From positions 43,630,554 through 43,694,553 of the forward strand of contig JAHRHZ010000009.1 of the NCBI GenBank assembly GCA_024137785.1: DNA of 64,000 nt. The letters run 5' to 3'. Within the stretch, counting starts at the first letter, position 1; each line of letters starts with the position of its first letter. Position numbers and translations under genes: made by a program. Positions 26,077 to 37,428 of the stretch are shown here, in pieces. The DNA comes from Ginglymostoma cirratum (taxonomy: Eukaryota). A model generated the notes under the pieces. The model had not been told where the DNA came from. It ran no database searches and was given only the letters and a program-made list of their open reading frames with translations.

Positions 26077-26273
26077 AGGACCCAAGGATCAATTCCAGCC
26101 CTGGGTGACTATCTGTGTGGAGTTTCCATGATGTCACCGTGACTGTGTGGGTTTCCTTCAGGTGGTCTGATTTCCTCCCACACTCCAAAGATGTGCAGGT
26201 TAGGCAGGTAAAAGTGACCTGAGGGGCATTTTGTTTGCACAGAGGGTGGTTCATATGTGGAATGAACTGCCAG
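26077..26273 (+). repeat. Inverted copy of the SINE/CR1 junction at 25413-25602
   Basis: Same junction ggttaggcaggtaaaagtgacctgaggggcattt. The ORF track shows near-identical peptides on opposite strands (NAPQVTFT.LTC.SL.CGRK..HLKETH). Confidence 0.85.
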
Positions 26274-26699
26274 TGTGATCATACCATTCCAATAAAGGCA
26301 CTCACCAGAATGTACAGAATGACCTCAAGGTGCAGTCCAAGAATAGTTGAGAAATCAGCATCTGAGATAAGGATTTGGGTTTTGGGAGTTTCTGTGAAAA
26401 CAAATCTCATAAATTAATGACTTTTGCAAACCCTGCACACTCCTCAGACATTGAAAGAAGTGACCTTGATGACAGCAGCCATCAATAAGGAGAAAAAATA
26501 ATGAGGACTAACTTTAGTTGATGTGGATTTCTGCACATGTTGATTTGGTTGAATATGAAACAATGGGTATTAAGAACTGATCCTTTGAGTTTTCGGATAG
26601 TCTCATCAGCTACGGTCTGATCAACTGCACAGAAGGAAGTATCTTAAGCTACCAGAAAGTCAACTATGCTGTTGTGATAGTATGCATCACTTGTATTTT

Positions 26700-27150
26700 A
26701 TGTGGGCTTTAGGTTAGAATGTTCCCAGTAAGTTATTCTTTGGCTGCATGCTGGAGATAGCATGTGCTGGACTTAGTCAATACAGTGTGGAGCTAGAGGA
26801 ACACAGCAGGCCAGGCACCATCAGAGGAGCATAAAAGTCAATGTTTCGGGTTTCCACCCTTAATTACCCGATGAAGTGTGTAAACCCAGAATGTCGACTT
26901 TCCTGCTCCTCTGATGCTGCCTGACCTGTTGTGTTCCTCCAGTTCCACGCTGTATTGGCTCTGATTTTAGCTTCTGCAGTGCTTGCTATCTCCAATGTGG
27001 TGGATTAGTTATATGCTGGATATGATGCATGTTGGCTTTAGCTGCATGTTGGCATTAGCTGAGTGCTGGTTTTACCAGAATGTTTAGATTTAACATGTGG
27101 AATGCTATATCTTGGATTTAGCTGAAAGTTGAATTTTGCTGTGTGTGGGG
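26700..27150. repeat. Degenerate ~17-bp minisatellite (gcatg[ct]tggatttagct-like), interrupted by a palindromic element
   Basis: tgcatgttggctttagc tgcatgttggcattagc tgagtgctggttttacc; similar units at 26745-26778. Confidence 0.55.
26776..26992. mobile_element. Palindromic Penelope-derived mini-element with decayed back-to-back hammerhead cores
   Basis: Arms gaggaacacagcaggccaggcaccatcagaggagc / gctcctctgatgctgcctgacctgttgtgttcctc. At the centre the minus strand reads GGGUggaaACCC-GAAA and the plus strand CCGAUGA. Confidence 0.8.
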
Positions 27151-27179
27151 TTGGATAAATACTATTGTATAAAGTGGCT

Positions 27180-29270
27180 TGTCATAACTCATGTAACCTC
27201 TGTTGTAATTGTATGTAATGAACCATTCTGTGCTGTAGACATATCACATTGAACATGGTGTCAAAAATGTGCCACTGTAATTGAGTGGATTTTGATAGTC
27301 GTACAGTAAAGAAAGGGTTATTTAATTACCTCATTGCAAGGCAGCTTTTAGAGAAAAAAAAGACAATCTATGATTCAGTTTTATATTGAGTATACAAGTA
27401 ATGCAATTAAGTCCAAAACTAATTCTTAAACAAAGGGAAAACTTGGCTACAATGGTTTGAGAAATTACATGAAAAGATAAAAGTTTGGAAATAAAAACAG
27501 TATTGCTGGCAAAACTCAGCAGGTCTGGTAGTATTTGTGGAGAGAAAGCCAAGTTGACACTTCAGGTCCAGAGACTCTCCTTCTGAGTTCTTAATAAGGG
27601 TTGCTGGATCCAAAATGTTACCTCTGCTTTCTCTCCCCAGATGCTGTCAGACCTGCTGGGTTTTTCCAGCAAATTCTGTTTTTGTACATGAAAAGATATG
27701 ATAGTAGACAAGCAATGACTTGCCTTTGAAGACTTAATATAACATTAGTAACAAATATATATTTCTTGAGGACAGAAAAATCCCACAAAATAGTCCACCA
27801 TGACAATCAAGAGGAATTAAAGACAGCTGCCGATCAAAGGATGAGATCTACAATGTTACCAAAATATATAAGCCTGGAAGGATTTTTGAATTCAGCACAG
27901 GAGAGCCAAGAAATTGATATGGAAAGAGAAGATAGGCCAACAAAAACATAAAATGGATCGCAAATAGTTCTATAAGAGTGTAAATAAGATGAGATCAGTC
28001 AAATTAAAGATGGCCCTATTCAAGTCAGAAATAGGTGAAAGTAGTAAGGAATTACATAGTGACAGAAACATAAAGCAAATATTTTGGGCTGAATTTTTGC
28101 AGCAAACAGAGCTTTCAACAAATGATAGCGAGTGTCCTAGAAGGTGAGGAATGAATAATTTCCCCCTTGCAATTAGATAATTAAATACATTGGTGACAAG
28201 CATCTACAAGCAGAGAGCATGTCAGTTTGAGATCTGTGTTACAATATCTACAAGAAGCAAAACTTATCCCAGTGACAAACGTGAGTTTCTGAAACCAACT
28301 GTTAAACTGTTGGGACACATTGTACACATATCTCGGATCAGAGCAATTTCCCTAAAGTCAGGCGTGATTAGAAAAAAATCACCTCCTCAAAATATCACAG
28401 AGCTTTGCTGATTTATGGATAGTGAATCAAGTGGGAAGGCTTTTCCTCAAATTATCAAATGAGAATAAACTGTCAAATCAGTTGCCAAGGCTGATGTAGA
28501 ACAGTCTGTGATTATTGTCAGAGCTGGATCATCGACAGAATTGGGAGCTGTGCTTCTCCAGAATCAGACAGATGGTGAACATTGACTGGTGTACTGTGCA
28601 ACTCTTTCTGCGAATCAAACAGCATAAAGATGTGCAGTTATTGGAAAAGAAGCAATGATATCTGGACTTATGAGAAGTTTACAGACTATGAGGTGAAACT
28701 TGAGTTAATATTCGCAATAAACCACAAAACCTTTGGTTAGTTTTTGAATGGTAAGGAATTAGAAAAGATACTGCCATGAGTGTCAAGATTTCATTTGAAG
28801 TTTTTGAGATTTGATGCTGCAAATTCATATGTGCAAAGGAAAAAACAGACTATAGTAAGTGCATTGCCTTGCATTACTATAGTAAGGCCTGAACAAGGGC
28901 ATATAAATTATGTTGAAGACATGAACACAATTGCTTCACTAATTACCAAGTATCTGCCAGCTACAATACAACATTTAAATAAGACTAGAAATATACAAAA
29001 ATCAGATGCAGAACATACTGAAATCCATGAACATGATAGCAAAGGCCAGAATGTGTTCCACACAATCCTATTCTAAGAGAGCATTTTGAGCAAAATAAAC
29101 TCAGTATCTTGCATAAAACCTCCTGACTGATAAGATATTTTTCATAGTGACAGACCTTGGACTTGATAAACTACAGTGGTTATACCAGGGTCACTTGGGC
29201 ATCAGGAAGTGTTGTGTGATGGTGCCAAATACTATTTTATGGCAAGTGTTCTCAAAATGTTGGAAGAGAT
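27180..29270 (+). mobile_element. Gypsy LTR retrotransposon remnant, internally deleted
   Basis: LTR-end CA plus PBS-like TGGTGTCA at 27254-27263; RT/RH DKREF..LLGHIV..PPQNITEL (ORF 28190), ELGAVLLQ at about 28540, KEA at about 28645; integrase QGHLGI.KC at about 29186. Confidence 0.75.
27490..27685. mobile_element. Palindromic Penelope-derived mini-element inside the Gypsy remnant
   Basis: Arms aaaacagtattgctggcaaaactcagcaggtctgg / cagacctgctgggtttttccagcaaattctgttttt; decayed hammerhead-like centre at about 27585-27625. Confidence 0.8.
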
Positions 29271-29274
29271 GAAG

Positions 29275-29600
29275 TTGTTATGACCAGGTGTGGTGGATTG
29301 GTTTGGTTCGCCTCTTTTTAACGCCTTCTTCTTGGTCACAACAAATATTTTTTATATTTCTTTCTAGCCAACAGCTGTCACACTTCAATTAAAACCTAGT
29401 GCATTATATGAAAATGAAGAAGGAAATTATCAAGATATTCTTGTGAGAGAAGGGATTCTTTCCCCTGATAATCCTGAGAAAATATTAAAAACATGATTTC
29501 AAACTCACTCAAATACAGGTCATCTATACAGAGGCTCATAAAAGTTACACAGTTTAAAAGGCCTCAGAGTCCATGAGGTGTTAACCTGAGATCACTATTG
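29275..29600 (-). mobile_element. LTR-like fragment
   Basis: Starts tgttatgaccagg, the reverse complement of the terminus seen at about 7090. Confidence 0.35.
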
Positions 29601-29845
29601 TTTAATTTTGACTGTTATGCTCAGCAGTGGTGAATTATATAAATATCTTAAAACTCTCAGAGTTATTGCTTCCCAGTTTGCTTTTTTCACCAGGTGCTGT
29701 CTTTCTAGATGATGAGAGAAGAAGGGAGAAATTTCCAGCTCTTGTTGTTACTAATTCATGTTTTCCTTCTCTCTGCTCTGCTGATCATAAAGAGCTCTTT
29801 AAATATTATTCATTGGTGTATTCCCAAGTCTGGCTCCTTACATTT

Positions 29846-30320
29846 CTAAGCTGAACATTTGGAGGCTTTTTTGCAGTTTAATAATGCTTCTAGTGATTGT
29901 TGGAGTACAGCTTTCACGTACCACCACATGTACTGTGTGACTGGCCTATGGATTAGGACAGCATCAACATGGAAAATTAGTTTTCCCAATCCTTCCAGGA
30001 TAGTCATTGTCATCTGCTGAAAAGTCTGTGGCAAATTGAAGCTAGAGATGTGAATTTTCTGATGCTGATGCTGATGCTGATGCTGACTTTGTTGCCTGGT
30101 TTCAATATCTTTAAATAAAATAGTAATTCCAAGTCAGACAATATTGTTCTATCCAGATGAGTATCCTGAACTGTCTTAAATTGGGGCCAGGTGATGATGG
30201 CACTATTCAGGGTCGCTATGTATCCTTCTTTTAAGGCCATTTTAGTTGGTATAACAATCTGATGATGGAAGTTAAAATTTGATAGTCGTATTACCGCTGT
30301 TGCTGCAAAATCCAACTACA
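29846..30320 (-). pseudogene. Gypsy RT fragment on the opposite strand, containing a short (GCTGAT)n repeat
   Basis: ORF 29846-30034 PQTFQQMTMTILEGLGKLIFHVDAVLIH..VKAVLQ..EALLN matches the PEIFQR.M..IL.GL.....YMDD.L region. Confidence 0.65.
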
Positions 30321-31085
30321 ACATGTGCTATGCATCTGGATTCCAATCCAGAGCAGAATTACAATAATTGATACAAAGGACACAAAGTACCAGGCTGGCG
30401 AGTCAGTGTGGAGTCATATTGAAGCTCAGCAAGGCCAAATTTTTCAGTAAACATTTCATCCACAGTTCAAGAGCACACTAGTTCTGCAAGGAGGCGATCC
30501 TATACAGGGGAAGGCTGAAGAAGTCTTCTACTTCTGGAAACTGCTCTCAGAGTGTTCCAAGCGAGGACAGAGTCTCTTCAGCCCTTCTACTTCCGACCTT
30601 GGCCCCTCACTAGCTATGATGAAAGGACCCTGCAAAGGTACAAGAGGCCCTCAGCATGAATCAGGCAGCCAGAGGACAGCCACCAAGGTCAACAGAGGCC
30701 ACCATGCAGCAAGGTCAGCAGCCTATTTCCACCTTATCACACAGCAGGACAACTAATATGTGCAATACATATTGGTTGGACTAATCAGTGAAGGCTTCAT
30801 GTAGTCTTCTACACCTCATATGGGGTCAGCAGAGACAACAGAAATTTATAAAAGGGAAATAGGAGATAAGGTTTTACAAATGTTACCAATGAATGGCATC
30901 CTGCATCATAAGAAGGCTGTCATCCTTTCAAAGCCATGCGTTGACGTTCTCTGCTCTGTCTGGCTATAAAATATATTGAGCTCTATCAGAATACTGACCC
31001 TCTGTAACCTCCTTTGTGCTATTGTGGATTGTAAATGGGACATATTGCAGATATTACTTGTTCCATCCTGAATGAAACCTGATTT

Positions 31086-31385
31086 CATAGAATCCCTACC
31101 GTGCAGAAGGAGGCCATTCGGCTCATCAAGTCTACGCCGACACTCCAAAGAGCATCCTGCCGTATGCTACATTTACCATCATTAATCCATCTAACCTGCA
31201 TATCCCGAGATGCTATGGGACAATTTAGCATGGCCAATCCACCTAACCTGCATATCTTTGAATAGTGGGAGGAAACTGGAGCACCCAGAGGAAACCGACG
31301 CAGACACGAGCAAACTCCACACAGACAATCACCCGAGGGTGGAATCGAACCAGGGTCCCTGGTGCTATGAGTCACCATGCCGCCC
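31086..31385 (-). mobile_element. HE1/V-SINE-like tRNA SINE, near full length
   Basis: Head gggcggcatggtgac, B box ggttcgattcc, conserved core, and tail ...gtagggattctatg. Confidence 0.92.
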
Positions 31386-34300
31386 TACATAGAAATGACA
31401 TGACCATGGCAGTTTTCACAGCAATTGGCATTGCCATCATTGCCCTGTTTTGTAGCTGCAATTTCAGCCAAGGTAATTATCAGATTTCCAGTAGGATATC
31501 TGAAGTGAAGCAATAAGATCTGACACATTGCTCCTCCCTGAGGTTATGGAAAGCAGATTACCCCCTTCAGTGTCATTGGGTGGTCTGGCTTCCCTGAGAC
31601 CTTGATACCCATCCTCCTCTTCTCTCTTTCAGGAAGTCATCCAGCTCATTATCCTCATAATATTACAGGCCAAATGGAATTGCATGAAACTGCATCCATT
31701 TCTTGGAGTAACTGGTTTGTGCAGAATAGTGTTTCAGCATGGGATACATCACTCTCTGTAAATTTCAACAACTTTGAAGAAAAAATGCTCTAGAAACTAC
31801 CAATAATTCCAGCCTGTAGAAATCAATTAACAACTAACATGAAATTCATTGATGGTTCCTTTAAATAGCACTGGTAAGGGTCGTAATTGCTGCTGAACAT
31901 GTTGTTTAGCTGAACAAAGTTGTGAGAGGGTGATAGTTGGAGATTTGAGCTCCAAAATGGTACTATTGACAATGAATCAGCATTGAACACTGATTATTTT
32001 AAGAAAATGACTACTCTGCACACATCTGATGGATAGTTCCTGTTCATGTGATAACCCTCGTCCAATGACATCCTGTGCATTTTGCACCAGTGTTGTGCAT
32101 TCATAACAGCAACTCCATTTGCAGGGAAGAAAGTATTTACAGTACCAAAGAAAAAGTGCTCATCAGCCTAATTTTTGGCAGACTGTGAATTCAAACATGG
32201 TCTGCATTGTTGCATGTGCTATCTTTTTGAATGAAAAATTAAACCAAGGAACAATGCACCTAGAAGTATCCAAAAGGTCCCTTAGCAATTTCCTTCGTAA
32301 AAATCGCATCATGCTCTCCTGTTCCATAATAGTTTCTCAACAAAGATTGTCAAGCAAATTATCAATTAATTTAATTGTGATATTAATTTGAACTTTCTTC
32401 TGTTTAAATTGTATATTTCATTTGTCTTCACAGTTTAAGTGGTAAACATAAAGAGATAAGTAGCTATGAATTGTGCTGGGACAAGAAAAATGTTATCTAT
32501 TCTATGAACTTCTAAGTGCAGATTATTTCTTCTTTCTATAACTGTTGGTTTAACTGCTGAATAAGTGTCATTAATAAGGATCTCAAGAAGGCAAAGCCAA
32601 GACTTAACAAAGGTTCATATTTTATCTTCTTGAATGCTGACAATGATTAATTGGCAGCTCAAAGTGCAAGTAGTTCTTTGATCACAGATACAGTAAAGCC
32701 ATTAGACAGGCACAACAGACGTGGGGTTTTATCCTGCATTTCCACTTTTCCATTTGGCTCCTATTCTGTATTATTGAAAATGGAGAAATTCCATTGAAAT
32801 GCCTTTCCATATTGTATCAAGTCACTGAGCTGTGACAATTCTGGCCTCTTACAGAAGCATGCATCTATAGGAAGGCTGTAGATGGCCCCCACGTGTACGT
32901 GACCTTCAAGCTGGTGCTGTCATGAGGCCAAACAGCCCTGACTGCTTTAGCGGTTCACTTACAACTGAGACCATGCAAGATTTGCAAGGAATTGCCAAGA
33001 TTTTTTAGGCTGACTGAGGTTGATAATAGAAGGAGGCAGGATTCTGAAATACAGCCCAAGAGGTGGGCAGTCAATAAGACTCATGAGGAATTTGTTTCAG
33101 ATTTCCAGCACCTGCTGTATTTTGCCTTTATTCAAGTCTAGTTAGGAGCCTAATTAATTACCATTAAAGGATGCTGACTGAAATTTCACAGCCGCTCACC
33201 AGTTTGCCAACATGACAGGTGGCATTTTAACAGACTGGATGGGCACCCAATGGCAGACCAATGCCAACAATCAAATAGGTACACAAGGCTTCTGTCTCCC
33301 TGTGCATGTTGAAATTCTCCCATTCCCCAATCCTTTCCCACACCCGTGCCTCTGGCTACTTTTGTTAGTTGCATTCATATTTTTAAAAAGTTGGTGACAG
33401 GACACTCCCAGGTTGGATCAACCTGTGAGTTACTTAAATTCTACTGCATCAGCTGGCCCTCTGAAACTGGACACCCTCTGATTGTTCCTCTGGCTTTGAA
33501 AACCCTCATGCACTTCCCCAGTTGAAAGAAACTCCTGTCTCCATACTGACCCAGAAGGAAAAAGTAGTAAAACCTAAAAATGAGACATATAGGTCTAGCT
33601 CACCTTGTAGTTGTTTTAATTCCCCTATTTAGGCATATTACGTCCCCAGGGAATATGGAACCTAAATTCAGACCTCTGGGCCACAGTGTGTCGACCTATC
33701 ACTTCACACCAACATTCTTCCGTCTCATTCTGTACACTTCAAAATGGAGGTTTGGCATAACCAATACCTCCATTTCCAAGGAAGCTTGTTTATTTCCTTT
33801 GATCCAAATTTCTGCTTGATCCAAATCCTAATAAGTAGCTGTTTCTCCAACAGGGATGGGTTCATGATTCAAAAGACATCTCCACTCCTGTTTCCCAGCC
33901 CAAGGCAGAATTTCAGTACAATGTATTATCACTGACTGAAGAACACACATGAATGTGCAAGAGCAGCCCAGGTGCAGAGTTCTTGAAAGGAATAGGCAGC
34001 CAACTCTGGACAACTGGAAAAACAACTGGAAACACTCAGCAACTCTGGCACCTTCTTTAGGACAAAAGCATAATTAACATTTGAGTCCAGTCAAAGTTCA
34101 TCAGAATTGATAGTAGCAAGCAACAAGTAGTATTTATGCTGAAGACGGGATTGGGGTGGGAGGGTCAGTAGGCAGAAGGTGGAGGTGAGCAGATAGTTGA
34201 AGATAGAGCCCAGAGAGAGAAAGATATGTGAAAAGGGGTAGGCAGGCAAGGGTGTTCTTGATAGTAAGTTAGGACTGAAGAGAAGCTGAAGATTATGAAT

Positions 34301-34545
34301 AGGAGAGAATGGCTCGGCTGTGCTGAAAGCAACCCCTGTAATGACAGGACCAAGGTGTGGGGGTGAGTAAGAGACATGGGAGGACATATTCAGGCTCTAA
34401 AGTTATTGAACATGATGTTGAGTCATAGCGGCTGCAAAGATGAGTGCAAATGGTTGATCAGTGCAAACTTCAAGAACAGCATTTCATCTTTCACTTGGGG
34501 ATCCTGCAGTTTCCAGAAATCAGCATTGAGTTCAATAACTTTAGA

Positions 34546-35128
34546 GATAAAAGGTACTGCAGATGCTGGAGAATCCGAGACAACAAGGTGCGGGGCTGGA
34601 CGAACACAGCAGGCCAAGCAGCATCACAGGAGCAGGAAAGCTTGATGTNNNNNNNNNNNNNNNNNNNNNNNNNNNNNNNNNNNNNNNNNNNNNNNNNNNN
34701 NNNNNNNNNNNNNNNNNNNNNNNNNNNNNNNNNNNNNNNNNNNNNNNNNNNNNNNNNNNNNNNNNNNNNNNNNNNNNNNNNNNNNNNNNNNNNNNNNNNN
34801 NNNNNNNNNNNNNNNNNNNNNNNNNNNNNNNNNNNNNNNNNNNNNNNNNNNNNNNNNNNNNNNNNNNNNNNNNNNNNNNNNNNNNNNNNNNNNNNNNNNN
34901 NNNNNNNNNNNNNNNNNNNNNNNNNNNNNNNNNNNNNNNNNNNNNNNNNNNNNNNNNNNNNNNNNNNNNNNNNNNNNNNNNNNNNNNNNNNNNNNNNNNN
35001 NNNNNNNNNNNNNNNNNNNNNNNNNNNNNNNNNNNNNNNNNNNNNNNNGGCCCGAGGCGTCAAGCTTTCCTGCTCCTGTGATGCTGCTTGGCCTGCTGTG
35101 TTCGTCCAGCCCCGCACCTTGTTGTCTC
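34546..35128. mobile_element. Young palindromic Penelope-derived insertion spanning the gap, with 14-bp TSD
   Basis: About 70-bp perfect inverted arms (gagacaacaaggtgcggggctggacgaacacagcaggcc...). TSD tcaataactttaga at 34532-34545 and 35127-35140. Confidence 0.88.
34649..35048. other. Assembly gap (400 N)
   Basis: Run of N. Confidence 1.
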
Positions 35129-36664
35129 AATAACTTTAGAGCCTGAATACATCCTCATATCTTTTACTCACCCCCACACCCTGGTCCTGCCATGACAGGG
35201 GTTGCTTTCAGCGCAGCCTACCCATTCCCTTTTATTCTTGGCTCTCCTTATCGCTTATTCAGCAGCTCGTCAGCCCTGGCTTACTATCAATAATCTCATC
35301 TGGTTACACTTTTCATATCTCTCTTTCTGTCTCCTTCTCCCCCTCTCAGGACACTGTCTCTACTTTGTGTTCTCTCCCCGGACCGCCAACATCCTACCCC
35401 ACCCCCACATCCCCCCAACCTCATCTTCACCATAAATAGCAAGTTATTTTTTCCCTAGCTACAATTAGTTATGATGAAGAGCCACTGGTCTTGAAACGTA
35501 ATTCTGTCTTTTCTCCGCAAACCTGCTGAATTTTTCCAGCAATTTCTGCTTTCGTTCAGATCTCCAGCATCCGCAGTCCTTTTTATTTATCACCGGAACT
35601 GTAATTTAGAAAATCTTCTGCTCTCGCAAAGTCTGTGGAAATGCTGTGGAGTGTTTTTGAAAGTGTTGTGGTGAATTGTGTATTGACCAGGAAGTGATGC
35701 TGCATTCTCACATGGAGGACAGAGAGATAGGTGAGCTGTCTGTGCAGATACTGCAACAGAAGTGGAGCTGCAATGACAGTGCAAGCTCTGCACGATGTCA
35801 TCTGTTAATCTGGAGACAAACTTCTCTCTCTTTCCTAATGGTGATAGGAGGATGCTTTGTGAACTAACCAATGCACCTAACATCTTGATGTGTATTGTCA
35901 TTAACTATTTGCAACCCGTATTGCCCTCCGGTGATATGAAACATTCTTTATTCCAGGACTGTTGCAGCTCACTCATATCTGTATGTTCCCAATTTGCATC
36001 CAAAGTACATGCATTTCCAATATCTGAGCCATTGTCTGCAATCATGTGATGGAGCCTTCTCAGCAGTGTGTCGATCCCTGTTTGGATTCTGTATTTGGCA
36101 GGGGACATTTCATGGCTTTTCAAAAGTTAGGAAATCAGAAGGTATCAGGAAAGCAATTAGGGAGGGGGTAAAGTAAGAGATCCCTGGTTACGCCATCAGT
36201 AATTTGTTCATTATAGCTGATAGCAAGATGATGGTAAACTGGACTCAAGAAGGGACATTAGGTGAGGACTAAGTGTCATTTTCAATGTTCTCAGTGGTGG
36301 CAAATGCCATGGGCTGATTCAAAAATATCCCTATGTTGATGAAAACCATTGCCTCTGTAGGAATGAAGTGCCCCTGTTGTCTTCCCATTCTGCTCAGTCC
36401 CCTTCTGTTGTGTACCACCTTGTCCAACAAGAGAGCTCAAAATATCAACAGTTTTGTAGCACAGTATTTGGGTGGCATGCCTACCAAAGCCAAATAGTTT
36501 TTGATATGTGGAAGGAATGTGAAGTGAAGGTGAAGCTAGTCATATTATGACGTGTGTGAGTGAAGTGGAGTATCTGGATATTTGGGATATGTCTCGCATC
36601 AGCATTTTGTGCTTCTATTTCTGTAACAACAGTATCATACTTCTACAGTACAAGTATTTGGTCA

Positions 36665-36845
36665 AATAAAACAAAGAACTGCGGATACTGGAAATCTAAA
36701 ACAAAATGCTGGAGGAACTCAGCAGTTCTGGGAGCATCTGTGGAGAGAAAGCAGAGTTAACATTTTGAGTTCAGTGAGCCTTTCTCAGAATTGGATTTGA
36801 AAGGGGTCACTAGACTCAAAAAGTTAATTCTGCTCTGTCTCCCCG
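36665..36845. mobile_element. Palindromic Penelope-derived mini-element
   Basis: ggagagaaagcagagttaacattttgagttcagtgagcc / ggggtcactagactcaaaaagttaattctgctctgtctcc; stem-II-like GGGUCacuaGACUC. Confidence 0.75.
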
Positions 36846-36989
36846 AGAACGCTTGGTAGTTTGGTGGCCTGATATGTGATGTGAAAATGTGTATACTGTG
36901 TGAAGCCATGCCAACGCTTCATCTAACCACCCCCACTACTAATGACTCCAATGTTCATCTGTTATGTTGGATTCTCCTTGCCCTGGTGT

Positions 36990-37428
36990 TCAGTTTACCA
37001 TTGTTCAAATTGCAATTGCTCAGCATCTCATCTACTCTGTTCATCCACCATTGACACTCGAGAGCAACAATATGTACCATCCACAAGATGCACTGCAAAA
37101 AATCATCAAGGCTCCTAAAACAGCACCTTCGAAACCTATGACCACTACCACTATTATTCAGCAGGACAGGGCAGAGTATACTTGGGAGAATTACCACATG
37201 CAAGTGCCCTCCAAGCCACTCATCACCCTGTCTTGGAAATTTATTGACAAATCTTTAGTGTTACTGGGTCAAAATCCTGGAACTTCCTCCCTAAACGCGC
37301 AATGGATCTACATGCAGCAAATGAATTTTCGCAGTTCAATTCACCGTATCTTCTCCTTACCAATTGGAAATGATAACAAATGTGGGGATAGCTAGTGATG
37401 TCCAGATCCATTAATGGATAAAAAAAGA
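36990..37428 (+). mobile_element. 3' end of the CR1/L2-clade family seen at 21190-22311
   Basis: Collinear with 21900-22311 (caagatgcactgcaaaaaatcatcaaggctcctaaaacagcaccttc). Confidence 0.75.

Larger units (their letters stand above)
34020..35590. mobile_element. Head-to-head inverted pair of Penelope-like 3' ends (minus 34020-34440, plus 34445-35590)
   Basis: ORF 34444 gives CKLQEQHFIFHLGILQFPEISIEFNNFR. Arms gctgtgctgaaagcaacccctgtaatgacaggacc / ggtcctgccatgacaggggttgctttcagcgcagc. Hammerhead-like core at 35471-35500. Confidence 0.85.

Noticed and set aside
26776-27685. Palindromes as DNA-transposon MITEs or miRNA precursors
   Set aside because: The arms are asymmetric, match Penelope 3' ends joined to GIY-YIG remnants elsewhere in the window and have hammerhead-like centres; the youngest relative has a 14-bp TSD. 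Small-RNA production is not excluded.
29368-29496. Strong acceptor followed by a protein-like frame (PTAVTLQLKPSALYENEEGNYQDILVREGILSPDNPEKILKT*)
   Set aside because: It lies inside an LTR-like fragment between Gypsy remnants, the peptide is not recognised and no partner exon is visible. RNA-seq could overturn this.
34444-35133. The longest ORFs in the track (168-229 aa)
   Set aside because: They are artefacts of translating through 400 N.
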